Below, piece by piece: positions 7,611-16,495 of a stretch of DNA of 21,588 nt. Numbering within the stretch: the stretch's first letter is position 1; every line of letters starts with the position of its first letter. The notes beneath the pieces are model-generated. The model made no database searches and was not told the DNA's origin. It saw nothing but the letters and a program-made list of their open reading frames with translations. The position numbers and the translations under genes were made by a program. Source of the stretch: a virus (taxonomy: Duplodnaviria; Heunggongvirae; Uroviricota; Caudoviricetes); the IMG/VR virus record IMGVR_UViG_2563366997_000002, one strand, 5' to 3'.

Positions 7611-8374
7611 ACTAAACCATTCGCTCCTTTTCCTGATGAATAGTTACCATTCCCCCCGGCACCACCTGAGCCGGGGAAACCGCCATCATCGCCAGAACTA
7701 CCGAAGTGGCCATTGCCACCCGTTGATGAAAATGCAGATCCTCCAGCCCCGCCAATAAAAGCATCAGAACCATAATACAGACCACCTTGAGATATTCCGC
7801 CAGTAATATTTAAAATGTTCCCGCCACTTCCGATACCTCCAGCAGGAACTGTAGCCCCGCCACCACTCCCTCCAGTAGCTGAGATTAAACTCCCGAACCT
7901 TGTATCACCACCATTCCCGCCTTTAGACGAGACACCAGCAGCAACAGCACTGCCACCAGTACCTATCGTCACAGATATAGTTTCGTTATCAGAAATATTA
8001 AATAACCCTTCCGAAAATCCACCAGCACAACCTCCAGATGCGCCCACACTAACTGGAGCATTCTGGCCACCTCCCCCCGCTCCCCAAACTTTCACCCGCA
8101 CTCTTTTCGTCCCTTTAGTTGGAGTGTAAGTCCCTGACTTAGTAAAGGTGACAATATTAAGCAGGCGACCGCCACCAATCGCTTTAAGAACCTGTGAATC
8201 ATCATCAGGATCAAGCTCAAGCCCCGCGCCCTCAACAACGTTTACCAGCTCACGCTGAAAGGTATTCATCATCTCAGCATTAATTATTGTCGGTGAAATA
8301 CCATTAGCGACATTACCATTAGTGTATTCACCATTAGCATCAGCGGTGTCAGTTGTACTGCCAACTTTTCTCAT
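7589..8374 (-). CDS. glycine-rich tail fibre protein
   Basis: 261 aa. N-terminus (NAEMMNTFQRELVNVVEGAGLELDPDDDSQVLKAI) resembles the conserved tail-fibre attachment domain, followed by GGxGG-rich repeats. Directly downstream of the baseplate genes. Confidence 0.65.
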   Translation of the reverse strand: MRKVGSTTDTADANGEYTNGNVANGISPTIINAEMMNTFQRELVNVVEGAGLELDPDDDSQVLKAIGGGRLLNIVTFTKSGTYTPTKGTKRVRVKVWGAGGGGQNAPVSVGASGGCAGGFSEGLFNISDNETISVTIGTGGSAVAAGVSSKGGNGGDTRFGSLISATGGSGGGATVPAGGIGSGGNILNITGGISQGGLYYGSDAFIGGAGGSAFSSTGGNGHFGSSGDDGGFPGSGGAGGNGNYSSGKGANGLVYLEEFS

Positions 8375-8400
8375 ATAAACCTTCTTTTTAAATGTCTGAA

Positions 8401-9075
8401 TTAAACGTAACCGGAAGCGATATCAAATATTTTGGCAAACTCAGGCGTGACTTCGTAAACCCCCTCATCGTTAAAACCGAAATAGATATAGCCGAATTTG
8501 ACCAGGGTGTATGAGGGGGCGAGGGCATTAATCCGGCATTCAAGCTGACGATTACCCCAGGAACGTAATGGATCGCCACAATAACTCAGACCTGCACGGG
8601 CATAAGTTATCGTTGTGTCTTCCGCCTCTACCAGCCAGACAAATGGCCAGTCATCCCCATTTAGCCCGTCACCACATACCGATAAGCCAGCACGCGCCTG
8701 CCGGTATTCCTTAATCGAAATCGTATAACCCATTGCTGCGGCAATACTGATGAAATAGCTCTTTGACTGCCCGCCGGTACTGATGAGTTTCGATACAATG
8801 TCAGACTGACGCTTCGCAATCGTATCCACTTCGCCAATCGAGCAATCATCAGGTAAGCCGAGTGTTTTTTCCCACTCGGTGAGCATAATCGTCGCAGTTT
8901 TTGGAAAGGCACCGCGCAGCAATGCAAGTGCGTCGTTATCACTTCGCTGGAAACTGGCCGCAATGGCCCGCAGTACAGCGGCCTGAACAGCTTTTGGATC
9001 CCGTGTCCACGCTCGGCCGGTGGGGATAAGCGCCTGCAGTGCCTTCTGATAATCGTCTGTTGAGAAAAGGCTCAT
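8401..9075 (-). CDS. Mu gp48-like / P2 gpI-like baseplate protein (DUF2313-type)
   Basis: 224 aa; start overlaps the upstream J-like gene stop (ATGA-type coupling); size and position match the baseplate wedge partner. Confidence 0.65.
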   Translation of the reverse strand: MSLFSTDDYQKALQALIPTGRAWTRDPKAVQAAVLRAIAASFQRSDNDALALLRGAFPKTATIMLTEWEKTLGLPDDCSIGEVDTIAKRQSDIVSKLISTGGQSKSYFISIAAAMGYTISIKEYRQARAGLSVCGDGLNGDDWPFVWLVEAEDTTITYARAGLSYCGDPLRSWGNRQLECRINALAPSYTLVKFGYIYFGFNDEGVYEVTPEFAKIFDIASGYV

Positions 9076-10220
9076 GTGTAGTTCACCTCACCACGAACAG
9101 CCAGCTCCCCAACTCCCGGCTCAATATTCGCAGAAGGCGACACAAGGATATAACCTGAAGTACCGGCAACATCCCCTATCGCACGGTTGAGATCTGAAAG
9201 GTAAATTTTCCCTGTGCCGAGCGGGTTAGCGGATTCAAACAATACCCCGTCAATCGCATCAGCAATGGCCGCAGTCGTTGCGCTGTCGGCATCAGATATC
9301 CCGCCTATTTCAAAATCGATAACGCGTTCGATGGGAGAGCAGACATAGTTAAGGGAAGTAACCGGCGCAAGCGGATACATATAATCGGCAACTCTCCCCT
9401 GATCCCCGGTGGCTTTTACAGCCCCCCACTCTTCCAGTTGAGAGACACCGTCAGTTCCTACAGGGAATCCATGATTGGTTTTATCATCGCCGTCGCACAT
9501 GATGTAAATCACCACGGTACCCGGCCCCATCCCCCGGCGCCGTATCCATGCCCTGGTAATCCCCGACACGGATAAAGCCCAGCTTTTATAATCAGTGTCA
9601 CTCCCGCCCTGCGGGGGATTCTGATACGCCAGCAGACCACGTAATCGGAAATCCTCTTCACTTTCAATGTTGGCGCCGCCGGTGGCGGGCTCAATCAGCG
9701 TAACCGAGCTGTCTATGCCGGGGGCATTAGCATCCAGTGTAAGAATGGTGCCAGCATCGGCATTTCCGGAAGCGCCTCCTCCTGTCACATCGTCTGTGAT
9801 ATCCGGCAAAACCGCTGTTACAGCAACCGACGCACTGCCAGCAGTGTTTATCGTTATGGCATCATCGGTTGTGTACTGGTAACCATCATCACGGTTTAAC
9901 ACCGCCCCTTTTGACAGTGTTTTCCCCGGCGTTCCGGTAACGGTCGCCGCCGGAGAGCGTGCTGCCGTTGCGGCTTTTCGGTAAATCTGCTTTAGCGCCA
10001 TCCATCCGGCAAGCCACTCATCGGTAGAGGTGAAAGGCGTGCTCTGACGGGCAATATAATCCAGGTAGGCGTAGTGCAGATGGGCCATGCCCGCATCCAT
10101 ATCAGCGAGCACCTTAAGGTTGCCAAACCGTAACAGCGCGCCAACACTTTCAAGCTCTGCCTGCATAAACTGGCGATTCTCCTGCCGGAGCTCGCTCAGT
10201 GTTTTCCGCTTAAATGGCAT
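9072..10220 (-). CDS. baseplate J-like protein (Mu gp47 / P2 gpJ family)
   Basis: 382 aa; size and position after the gp46-like gene; translationally coupled to both neighbours. Confidence 0.75.
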   Translation of the reverse strand: MPFKRKTLSELRQENRQFMQAELESVGALLRFGNLKVLADMDAGMAHLHYAYLDYIARQSTPFTSTDEWLAGWMALKQIYRKAATAARSPAATVTGTPGKTLSKGAVLNRDDGYQYTTDDAITINTAGSASVAVTAVLPDITDDVTGGGASGNADAGTILTLDANAPGIDSSVTLIEPATGGANIESEEDFRLRGLLAYQNPPQGGSDTDYKSWALSVSGITRAWIRRRGMGPGTVVIYIMCDGDDKTNHGFPVGTDGVSQLEEWGAVKATGDQGRVADYMYPLAPVTSLNYVCSPIERVIDFEIGGISDADSATTAAIADAIDGVLFESANPLGTGKIYLSDLNRAIGDVAGTSGYILVSPSANIEPGVGELAVRGEVNYT

Positions 10221-10659
10221 TATTCAGTTGCTCCCATAGCCAGAAGAATTTGAACTCCTGCCAGTCCCCCGCCGGCGGCAAATACCGGATGATGAGGTTC
10301 AGCCTATTCGGGAAAACAATCTCTGACTGAGCCTCTATCGCTGCTGCAATACCATCCGACTTCATCCAGGCCAGAGCCTCTTCGGCATAATCTTCAGCTC
10401 TCATCGCCACTTCGCGCGTCAGTTTTTCACGCCGCAGTAGCCACAGCCTTGAGCCAATATTCCGGTCGTTGTCCAGATCCCCCCACCAGCCGCGGCGGTC
10501 AGTTCCTTCATAATCATCATCAGCGCGCGCCAGTCCGTCAGTAAACAAACTGATAATTATGGCCGTGTGCATATCATTCTCAGATGTCAGTACGCCGTTA
10601 CCGGTTTGCCAGTCAGCATGAATGGCATCCACATCCCAGAATGAGGAAATATCACTCAT
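10210..10659 (-). CDS. Mu gp46-like baseplate protein (GP46 family)
   Basis: 149 aa, acidic, between spike and J-like genes; overlapping start and stop with neighbours. Confidence 0.65.
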   Translation of the reverse strand: MSDISSFWDVDAIHADWQTGNGVLTSENDMHTAIIISLFTDGLARADDDYEGTDRRGWWGDLDNDRNIGSRLWLLRREKLTREVAMRAEDYAEEALAWMKSDGIAAAIEAQSEIVFPNRLNLIIRYLPPAGDWQEFKFFWLWEQLNNAI

Positions 10660-11237
10660 ACCTGACTCTCTGTTTTTTCGCTTATGATCGTGCTATCGCC
10701 GGACTGAACTTTTTTAACGTCATGGTCATGATCGTTGTGAGCATCCCGCAGCGCTTTGAGCGTTGAATTGTTCGTCTCGCAGTTATCGATGATGTCACCC
10801 GTCACCAGGAGTTTGGGGGTAACCAGCTTTACCTGTTCCGTTGCCGTCGCGGTGATGTTTCTGGCATTATTGATCTCTACATCTTTGCCTTTCGCATCAA
10901 TGAAAATTCCCTCCTCGGTCAGATGAATATTCATCCCCTGCTGGTTATAGACCACGGTTTCGCCTGGCTTAAGCCCGGTATACCGGAAGCTTTGATGGTT
11001 AGAGGCAATGACGACAGGACTGGAGCGGTCCCCGCCGAGAAAGGCAATAAGCACATCCGATCCCGCCGGTAACCCCGATGAAAAACCAAAATCAGAGAGC
11101 CGTGGGGCGCTGGCCACTTCCAGCGGAGTCTGGTACTGGATTTCCTGCACAACCCCGCTATCTTTCTGCGTGGTAATACGGCCAATGCCCAGCATGCCGG
11201 CGATGCGCGTGGCCGATTTCTTTAAATTTTGATTCAT
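10656..11237 (-). CDS. baseplate spike / assembly protein V (Mu gp45, P2 gpV-like)
   Basis: 193 aa; C-terminal His-rich apex HNDHDHD as in metal-binding spike tips; position after the hub gene. Confidence 0.75.
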   Translation of the reverse strand: MNQNLKKSATRIAGMLGIGRITTQKDSGVVQEIQYQTPLEVASAPRLSDFGFSSGLPAGSDVLIAFLGGDRSSPVVIASNHQSFRYTGLKPGETVVYNQQGMNIHLTEEGIFIDAKGKDVEINNARNITATATEQVKLVTPKLLVTGDIIDNCETNNSTLKALRDAHNDHDHDVKKVQSGDSTIISEKTESQV

Positions 11238-12319
11238 TGGTTTAGTCCGGGTATTTGCTGGTAGAAAGCATAAGGCTGGACAGCGAAAGCCTCCGGGGGC
11301 ATCAGATAAAGGCGCGCATGGGTGCCGTCACTGTCTCTGATATAAGTCACCTCTGCGATAAGCAATTCGGTGTCAGGCAGCTGCAGACTCGGGATGTTGA
11401 CCGGGATAAGCGTATTCGGCTCCCATAATTTCCCGGATTTATCGCGCCAGGAATCAATCGTCACCGTTAACTGACGGGAACGGCCGTATCGGCGGTTCAT
11501 CTCCCAGTCAATCGCTCGCTGAGCCTGTTGTGAAGCCATCAGTGTACTTTCAACAATAATGATCCGTTTTCGGTAACGCATACTGGCCGCCTCAGGATCG
11601 CGGGCCGTCGCCAGCGTCACCGAATCATAAGCCGTATCTGGCGAGAATCCTGCAATCGGCGAAATGCTCATCGATACGCCGACGTAATCAGAAAAGCGGT
11701 CAGCCATCGAACGGCGGTAATAAGCCTGTTCGATATTTACCCCTTCTGCGATACCGCTGGCCGCGCGCTTTGTCCCCACCCGGGTCAGAAATAAGTTACC
11801 GTCAGGCTGATCGTAATAAAGCAATGCCGACCAGCGGGAGACACGATCAAGTATTTCCTGTGGCGATTCCCCCCAGTTCAGGGAAAATTGCGGAACTTTC
11901 ACCAGATCATCAACGTCTGTACTTACGCCAATGTTGTAATGGGATGCGAGGCGGGAGGCTATATCAAGCGCATTACTGTTATTGATGACGTTATTTGGCC
12001 ATTCAGCAGAGCAATCAACGAGATCTGCGCACTTACTGCGGCCTGAGGCTCTGACTTCATGGCGCGAACGGGAAATAGCAGGCGACCAGTCATCAACATA
12101 CCCCGTCACTACCAGGTCGTTACCAAGCTTTACCTGACAAGGCATCCCTTCCTTTACCAGCTGCTTCTGGTCACTTCCCGGAAAATAATCCATCAGTCCC
12201 AGGTCAAAATCGGAGGGAAAACGCTCAATGCCACGGGTCACCCGCACAGAGTCCCATCCTTCAATGATTTTTCCGCCCACTGTCAGGGAGACAATATCCT
12301 GATCATTATCCGTACTCAT
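11234..12319 (-). CDS. baseplate hub protein (Mu P/gp44, P2 gpD late-control-D family)
   Basis: 361 aa; size, order (hub, then spike, gp46, J) and general resemblance to the phage tail protein D family. It does not resemble a major capsid protein. Confidence 0.7.
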   Translation of the reverse strand: MSTDNDQDIVSLTVGGKIIEGWDSVRVTRGIERFPSDFDLGLMDYFPGSDQKQLVKEGMPCQVKLGNDLVVTGYVDDWSPAISRSRHEVRASGRSKCADLVDCSAEWPNNVINNSNALDIASRLASHYNIGVSTDVDDLVKVPQFSLNWGESPQEILDRVSRWSALLYYDQPDGNLFLTRVGTKRAASGIAEGVNIEQAYYRRSMADRFSDYVGVSMSISPIAGFSPDTAYDSVTLATARDPEAASMRYRKRIIIVESTLMASQQAQRAIDWEMNRRYGRSRQLTVTIDSWRDKSGKLWEPNTLIPVNIPSLQLPDTELLIAEVTYIRDSDGTHARLYLMPPEAFAVQPYAFYQQIPGLNQ

Positions 12320-12702
12320 TGTCTCAACACCTTCATCGTCGTCGGCATAAATGCCGGATGCGGTACGCTGGCCTCCTGTATCAGTTCATTTGCCCGCGAG
12401 GCATCCTGATACAGGCGGTTGGCCAGTACCAGGGCAGGAACCGGCACCGCAGTATTGATTTGCATCAACTCACTCAGTCCGGATGAAGTCTGAGCCATGG
12501 TATTCAGAAAAGCGGTTCTCACGTCCATCAATGCCGTATAAAGATCATCATCGCCACGGTCGCCCGCCAGTAGTAACGCGGTATCCAGTTGCCCGGCCAC
12601 GCGTTGAGTGATTTCTTCGGCCTCATTACGACTGGTTGGGTTGTAATCTGCAGCAGCATCCGTCATGGCTCCGGTACATAGCACTACGATCAGCGTGTTC
12701 AT
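12316..12702 (-). CDS. hypothetical protein, possibly the 3' remnant of a DNA-circulation (Mu N-like) gene
   Basis: 128 aa from the first ATG; an internal ATG at 12666 has a GGAG SD. Its stop overlaps the hub start (ATGA). It overlaps the decoration-protein ORF by 41-77 nt in another frame, consistent with a deletion junction. Confidence 0.4.
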   Translation of the reverse strand: MNTLIVVLCTGAMTDAAADYNPTSRNEAEEITQRVAGQLDTALLLAGDRGDDDLYTALMDVRTAFLNTMAQTSSGLSELMQINTAVPVPALVLANRLYQDASRANELIQEASVPHPAFMPTTMKVLRQ

Positions 12703-13135
12703 GGTGCCAGCCAGTTGCTGGCTGCTTTCGGAACGCTGGTAAAGGTGCCTGGGCGCTGTCTTTCAGGAAGATGGCCAGCGGACGTAGTGCTGTTTTCAGT
12801 TCCGGCGCAGTCCAGGAATCGTCAAAAATAATATGATTCTGGTTGAACTCGCCCATCAGGTACAGGCCGCCGGACTGATCGCCATGGGTGGAAGCGTCAA
12901 CATCATCAACCAGAATGGCCGCTGGCGTCTCGCTACCATCCGTTGCGGTTTTCACACTGGCTGTATATTTGCCACTGGCGGTGATCATGCCAAGCACAGT
13001 GCCACGCTTATACACACCGCCGGTGATCGTGCCGGTGTCAGTGACCAGTTGCAGCGTACCGGCAATTAACTGATCCGGCACAAACACTGAACTCTTCATG
13101 CCAGGTGCAAAGGCATTCTGACCAAATTGATCCAT
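12626..13135 (-). CDS. head decoration protein (lambda gpD-like) with aberrant 3' extension
   Basis: First about 125 aa fit the head-decoration pattern (...AAILVDDVD...GLYLMGEFN...LKTALRPLAIFLK). The last about 40 aa (PLPAFRKQPATGWHHEHADRSAMYRSHDGCCCRLQPNQS) look like out-of-frame read-through. Start overlaps the scaffold-like gene stop (TAATG). Confidence 0.6.
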   Translation of the reverse strand: MDQFGQNAFAPGMKSSVFVPDQLIAGTLQLVTDTGTITGGVYKRGTVLGMITASGKYTASVKTATDGSETPAAILVDDVDASTHGDQSGGLYLMGEFNQNHIIFDDSWTAPELKTALRPLAIFLKDSAQAPLPAFRKQPATGWHHEHADRSAMYRSHDGCCCRLQPNQS

Positions 13136-13725
13136 TATTTCTCTCCTTTAATGGAGTTGTAGAGGCCGGTCATCTGGTTTACCAGTGCCGATTTACCGTT
13201 CTCTTTCTTGCCGCCATCCGGATTCAGACGGACATCATGGCTTTCCTGCATGCGCTGATCGAGAGAGCGCCCGCGCGTTGCCTTTGGTTGCAAGGCTGGC
13301 GCCGTGGATGCCAGAACATCGATAGCGGCGGTAGAGCTCATCCCGGTATTGAATGCGAGTGAAGCGGCCAGTGACGGATTCGCCGCAGCGTGCTTACTGC
13401 CGAAGATACGGGCGCAACGTTTACGCTCGGCGGCGCGGGCATTTTTCACCGCTTTGCTTTCTTTGCGGTCATCGTCGCCGTCATCTTCGGAATCGTCATC
13501 GTCTTCAGCCGCATCCAGGTCGTCACCGTCATCTTCAGCGTCATCATCACGATCGTCGTTTTCCGCGTCATCTTCGCGTTCATCGTCCCCGGCATCATCT
13601 TCGCGCTCATCCTCTTCCGCGCGACGGCCTTTCGCTTTTTTGGCCTTTTTGTCCTCTTCCTCTTCGGAAGCAGTCGCGCCACGGCCAATAAGATGAGCAA
13701 AACTAAAAGTCTTTTTCTTCGCCAT
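13135..13725 (-). CDS. acidic scaffold-like head protein (Nu3 position)
   Basis: 196 aa from ATG at 13725, one nt after the protease stop; extremely D/E-rich central tract. Position between protease and decoration protein. Confidence 0.55.
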   Translation of the reverse strand: MAKKKTFSFAHLIGRGATASEEEEDKKAKKAKGRRAEEDEREDDAGDDEREDDAENDDRDDDAEDDGDDLDAAEDDDDSEDDGDDDRKESKAVKNARAAERKRCARIFGSKHAAANPSLAASLAFNTGMSSTAAIDVLASTAPALQPKATRGRSLDQRMQESHDVRLNPDGGKKENGKSALVNQMTGLYNSIKGEK

Positions 13726-13726
13726 T

Positions 13727-14593
13727 TCAGGCTCCTGTTTTTTCAAGTAAGTTTCTGAACGCAGCATCAGGAGGACACACCTCATCAGCCAGTCCAAGTT
13801 CCACACCATCAGCAGCCATAAAACAGGCAGCCTGAGTACTTTTGATAACCTTTGCGCTAATCCCCCGATTTCTGGCGACGGTATTCACAAACAATTCGCC
13901 CATGGTGTTGATGTCCTGCTGAATAGCCGCCAGCGCTTCATCTGACAGCTCTCTCAGCGGTGCCCCCTCAGCCTTACGGGAACCGTAGGTGATGATGGTG
14001 ACTTTGAGGCCGTCATCTTTTATCCGCTGGGTCCAGTCAAGGTGCATAGTGATCACACCAACTGAACCCACACCACCGGTTCGGGGAACAGAAATCCGGT
14101 CCGCCGCACTGGCAATCGCATAGGCGGCGGAATAGGCGCTTTCCGTCAGAATGGCATGGATGGGCTTTTTCCCGCGGGCGCCATAAATGACATCGACCAG
14201 ATCGAAACATCCGGCGACCTCGCCTCCTGGCGAATCAATATCCAGGCAGATCCCTGTAATATCGGGGTCTTCCATCGCAGTCAGGAAGGCCTGACGAATG
14301 CCGTCATAGCCTGTCATGCCACTGTATGGGCGCAGGCTACCCAGCTTCTGCACCAGGGTCCCACATATCGGGATGACAGCGACGCCCAACACATTGTCAT
14401 AACCCGGGTCGCTACGGGATTCCCGCCCCCTGTTATCGTCGTATCCATACCAGTCATCATCCATGGCAAGAGAGGATTCGATTTTACTGATGCCAAACCG
14501 GTCCATAACGGATGCCATGATGACTTCAGCTTTACTTGGGTGCAGCGCCAGCGGTGTATTAAAAAGGCGCTGGGCCAGATGAGGTAGATTCAC
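13727..14593 (-). CDS. head maturation protease (S49/ClpP-like, lambda gpC family)
   Basis: 288 aa; recognised by eye as the S49/ClpP-like prohead protease family by overall sequence pattern, size and position after the portal; start overlaps the portal stop. Confidence 0.85.
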   Translation of the reverse strand: MNLPHLAQRLFNTPLALHPSKAEVIMASVMDRFGISKIESSLAMDDDWYGYDDNRGRESRSDPGYDNVLGVAVIPICGTLVQKLGSLRPYSGMTGYDGIRQAFLTAMEDPDITGICLDIDSPGGEVAGCFDLVDVIYGARGKKPIHAILTESAYSAAYAIASAADRISVPRTGGVGSVGVITMHLDWTQRIKDDGLKVTIITYGSRKAEGAPLRELSDEALAAIQQDINTMGELFVNTVARNRGISAKVIKSTQAACFMAADGVELGLADEVCPPDAAFRNLLEKTGA

Positions 14594-16224
14594 TTTTCCT
14601 CCGGATCGGTAATTGTCTGGCTGGCGAACTGGTCCGCCTGCGCCCAGCTAGGTAATGGAAGTCCGCGCTTCAGGCAGGACTCAATTTCCCGCTGGCGCTG
14701 ATCAAGTATCTCTTCCCAGTCCTCACCCACGTTTTCACCCACTTCAATTTCGAGAGTGGAAAGGCCGGCATCGAGGCCGAGAATGGCGCCTTTTTTCTCT
14801 GCCACCGGATCAACCCATCCTCGCCCCGGCCCCATCCAGCGCGCACGGGAATACGCTGCCCGGGCATCAACAAAATCAGGGGCATCATTAGGTAGAGGTA
14901 AATCCTCGTTATCGTGAACTTCCTCCACAAAGGCCGTCAGAAGCGGCTGAGCGGTACCCATGGAGAAATCATCACGTCGGCGGGTGAGCGTTTTCCATGC
15001 CTCCAGCAAGGAAGATCGCGCAGAGCTGTAATTCACATCAGACCAGTCCTGTGTAACCTGCTGAGGAGATAACCCCGTACCGGATGAGAAATTACGCAAT
15101 ACTGCAGACTCGAAAACCTCAAAGTTGCTGTAAGGGCGGGCAGCGTTGACCGTTGTTATTCTCTCCCCTGGATAAAGGATCGGCATACGGGCGCCATTCT
15201 GCAGCGTCAAACGGCGATCATTATGAAACTCTGCACGACCATCCTGGTATGCTCCCAATCCCTCTTCGAAGTTTTCCCCCAGCGCGGACTGGATCATTTC
15301 GGGATCGTATGGAGACTCAATATACGCGGCGAAGATAGCATTCAGAATTGCTGCTTCCAGCTCGCTCTGGTCGTACTTCACCAGCATCTTCAGACGTTGC
15401 ACTACTGGAGTCAGAATGCCATTCCCCCGATGCTGAGCTCCACGCTCATGGTCAAAGTCGTGCACAACGTGCGGGCGCCCCCATGCGGTTTCGCGCGGGA
15501 TTCGTCGCCATGTCATTGTTTTGGCGCCACTCCACCAGTCACCGATATGTGCTTCACGTATGTGATAAGCCACAGGTGCGCCGTCAGCATCAATTTCAAC
15601 GCCGCCGCGGATATTCGGCATATCAAAATTCTGCTGCGGGTTACTGAGTCTGTCGGGATCAACAACCTGCACCGTCGTGGCATAACGCCCCTTACCTGGT
15701 CCAAGGCGATCGGTGCGATACTGAAGCACCATCAGGGCATCGCCATCAATCAGCTTGTGGCGAAAGGCCAGACGCAACATTTGTGGAACGGTTAGCTTGC
15801 GCTCAACGTCACAATAACGGCCTGTGTCGTATGCCCAGGTTCTCCAGTGGGAAGCGAGTGCTTTTCCGTACTCTTCCGCCCATACTGCGTCAAAACTTTT
15901 ATTACCTGTCATCATCCGTAATACACGATAGTCAGGCTTCATGATCGGACGGAAATTGGCGCCGACCGCATTATCAAGCAGGCGAGTTATGGCACCATTG
16001 GCCCATCCATCATTTCGGACCAGATCCCGCGCACGGGAAACTATACGGTCACGGTAGATATTAATTTCGTTATCCGGTGACCATAGTGCGGGCTGCCAGT
16101 TCGCCAGTTGATCGCTGAAGGAATCCCCGGCGTCATATGGCACCCGGCTACCGCCCGTCAACATGCTGGGTTTTGGTGCCTGATAAGGTCTCCCGTCAGG
16201 ACCAAGGATTTGCACTTTATTCAT
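14590..16224 (-). CDS. portal protein (lambda gpB family)
   Basis: 544 aa; size and position between gpW-like and protease genes. Confidence 0.9.
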   Translation of the reverse strand: MNKVQILGPDGRPYQAPKPSMLTGGSRVPYDAGDSFSDQLANWQPALWSPDNEINIYRDRIVSRARDLVRNDGWANGAITRLLDNAVGANFRPIMKPDYRVLRMMTGNKSFDAVWAEEYGKALASHWRTWAYDTGRYCDVERKLTVPQMLRLAFRHKLIDGDALMVLQYRTDRLGPGKGRYATTVQVVDPDRLSNPQQNFDMPNIRGGVEIDADGAPVAYHIREAHIGDWWSGAKTMTWRRIPRETAWGRPHVVHDFDHERGAQHRGNGILTPVVQRLKMLVKYDQSELEAAILNAIFAAYIESPYDPEMIQSALGENFEEGLGAYQDGRAEFHNDRRLTLQNGARMPILYPGERITTVNAARPYSNFEVFESAVLRNFSSGTGLSPQQVTQDWSDVNYSSARSSLLEAWKTLTRRRDDFSMGTAQPLLTAFVEEVHDNEDLPLPNDAPDFVDARAAYSRARWMGPGRGWVDPVAEKKGAILGLDAGLSTLEIEVGENVGEDWEEILDQRQREIESCLKRGLPLPSWAQADQFASQTITDPEEK

Positions 16225-16487
16225 CAGAATCTGAACCTCACTGGCTTCCGTGGCCGGGCGACAATTCCCAGTTGCGCCTGCAGCAACTGAATCAGCGCCA
16301 GCAGGTCGGCGAGAGAGCTTTGCTGATAGGAGACAGAGCGCGTCCCATCACCCTGCGTATAGGAGAATGAGACGCCACGGCTGCCGGTAGTCAGGTCGAT
16401 ATAAGCCTGCTGCGCTTTCTGCAGAGCGTCTCTGAGCTGCTCATCAGTCATCCCACCAGCAAGTAAGCTCGTGTTTCGGTTAAACAT
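16224..16487 (-). CDS. head-tail joining protein (lambda gpW-like)
   Basis: 87 aa (75 aa from the internal Met); small protein between terminase large subunit and portal, as in lambda. Confidence 0.7.
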   Translation of the reverse strand: MFNRNTSLLAGGMTDEQLRDALQKAQQAYIDLTTGSRGVSFSYTQGDGTRSVSYQQSSLADLLALIQLLQAQLGIVARPRKPVRFRF

Positions 16488-16495
16488 GGTTTTCC

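Noticed and set aside
11234-12319. Possibility that the 361-aa protein is the missing major capsid protein.
   Set aside because: Its sequence and its position directly before spike, gp46 and J genes fit the baseplate hub (tail protein D / Mu P) family, and it does not resemble lambda gpE-type capsid proteins.
13304-13758. Several 84-130-aa ORFs on both strands with Ser-rich or Arg/His-rich low-complexity translations.
   Set aside because: They are alternate-frame readings of the GAx-repeat DNA encoding the acidic tract of the scaffold-like protein, not independent genes or a repeat array.
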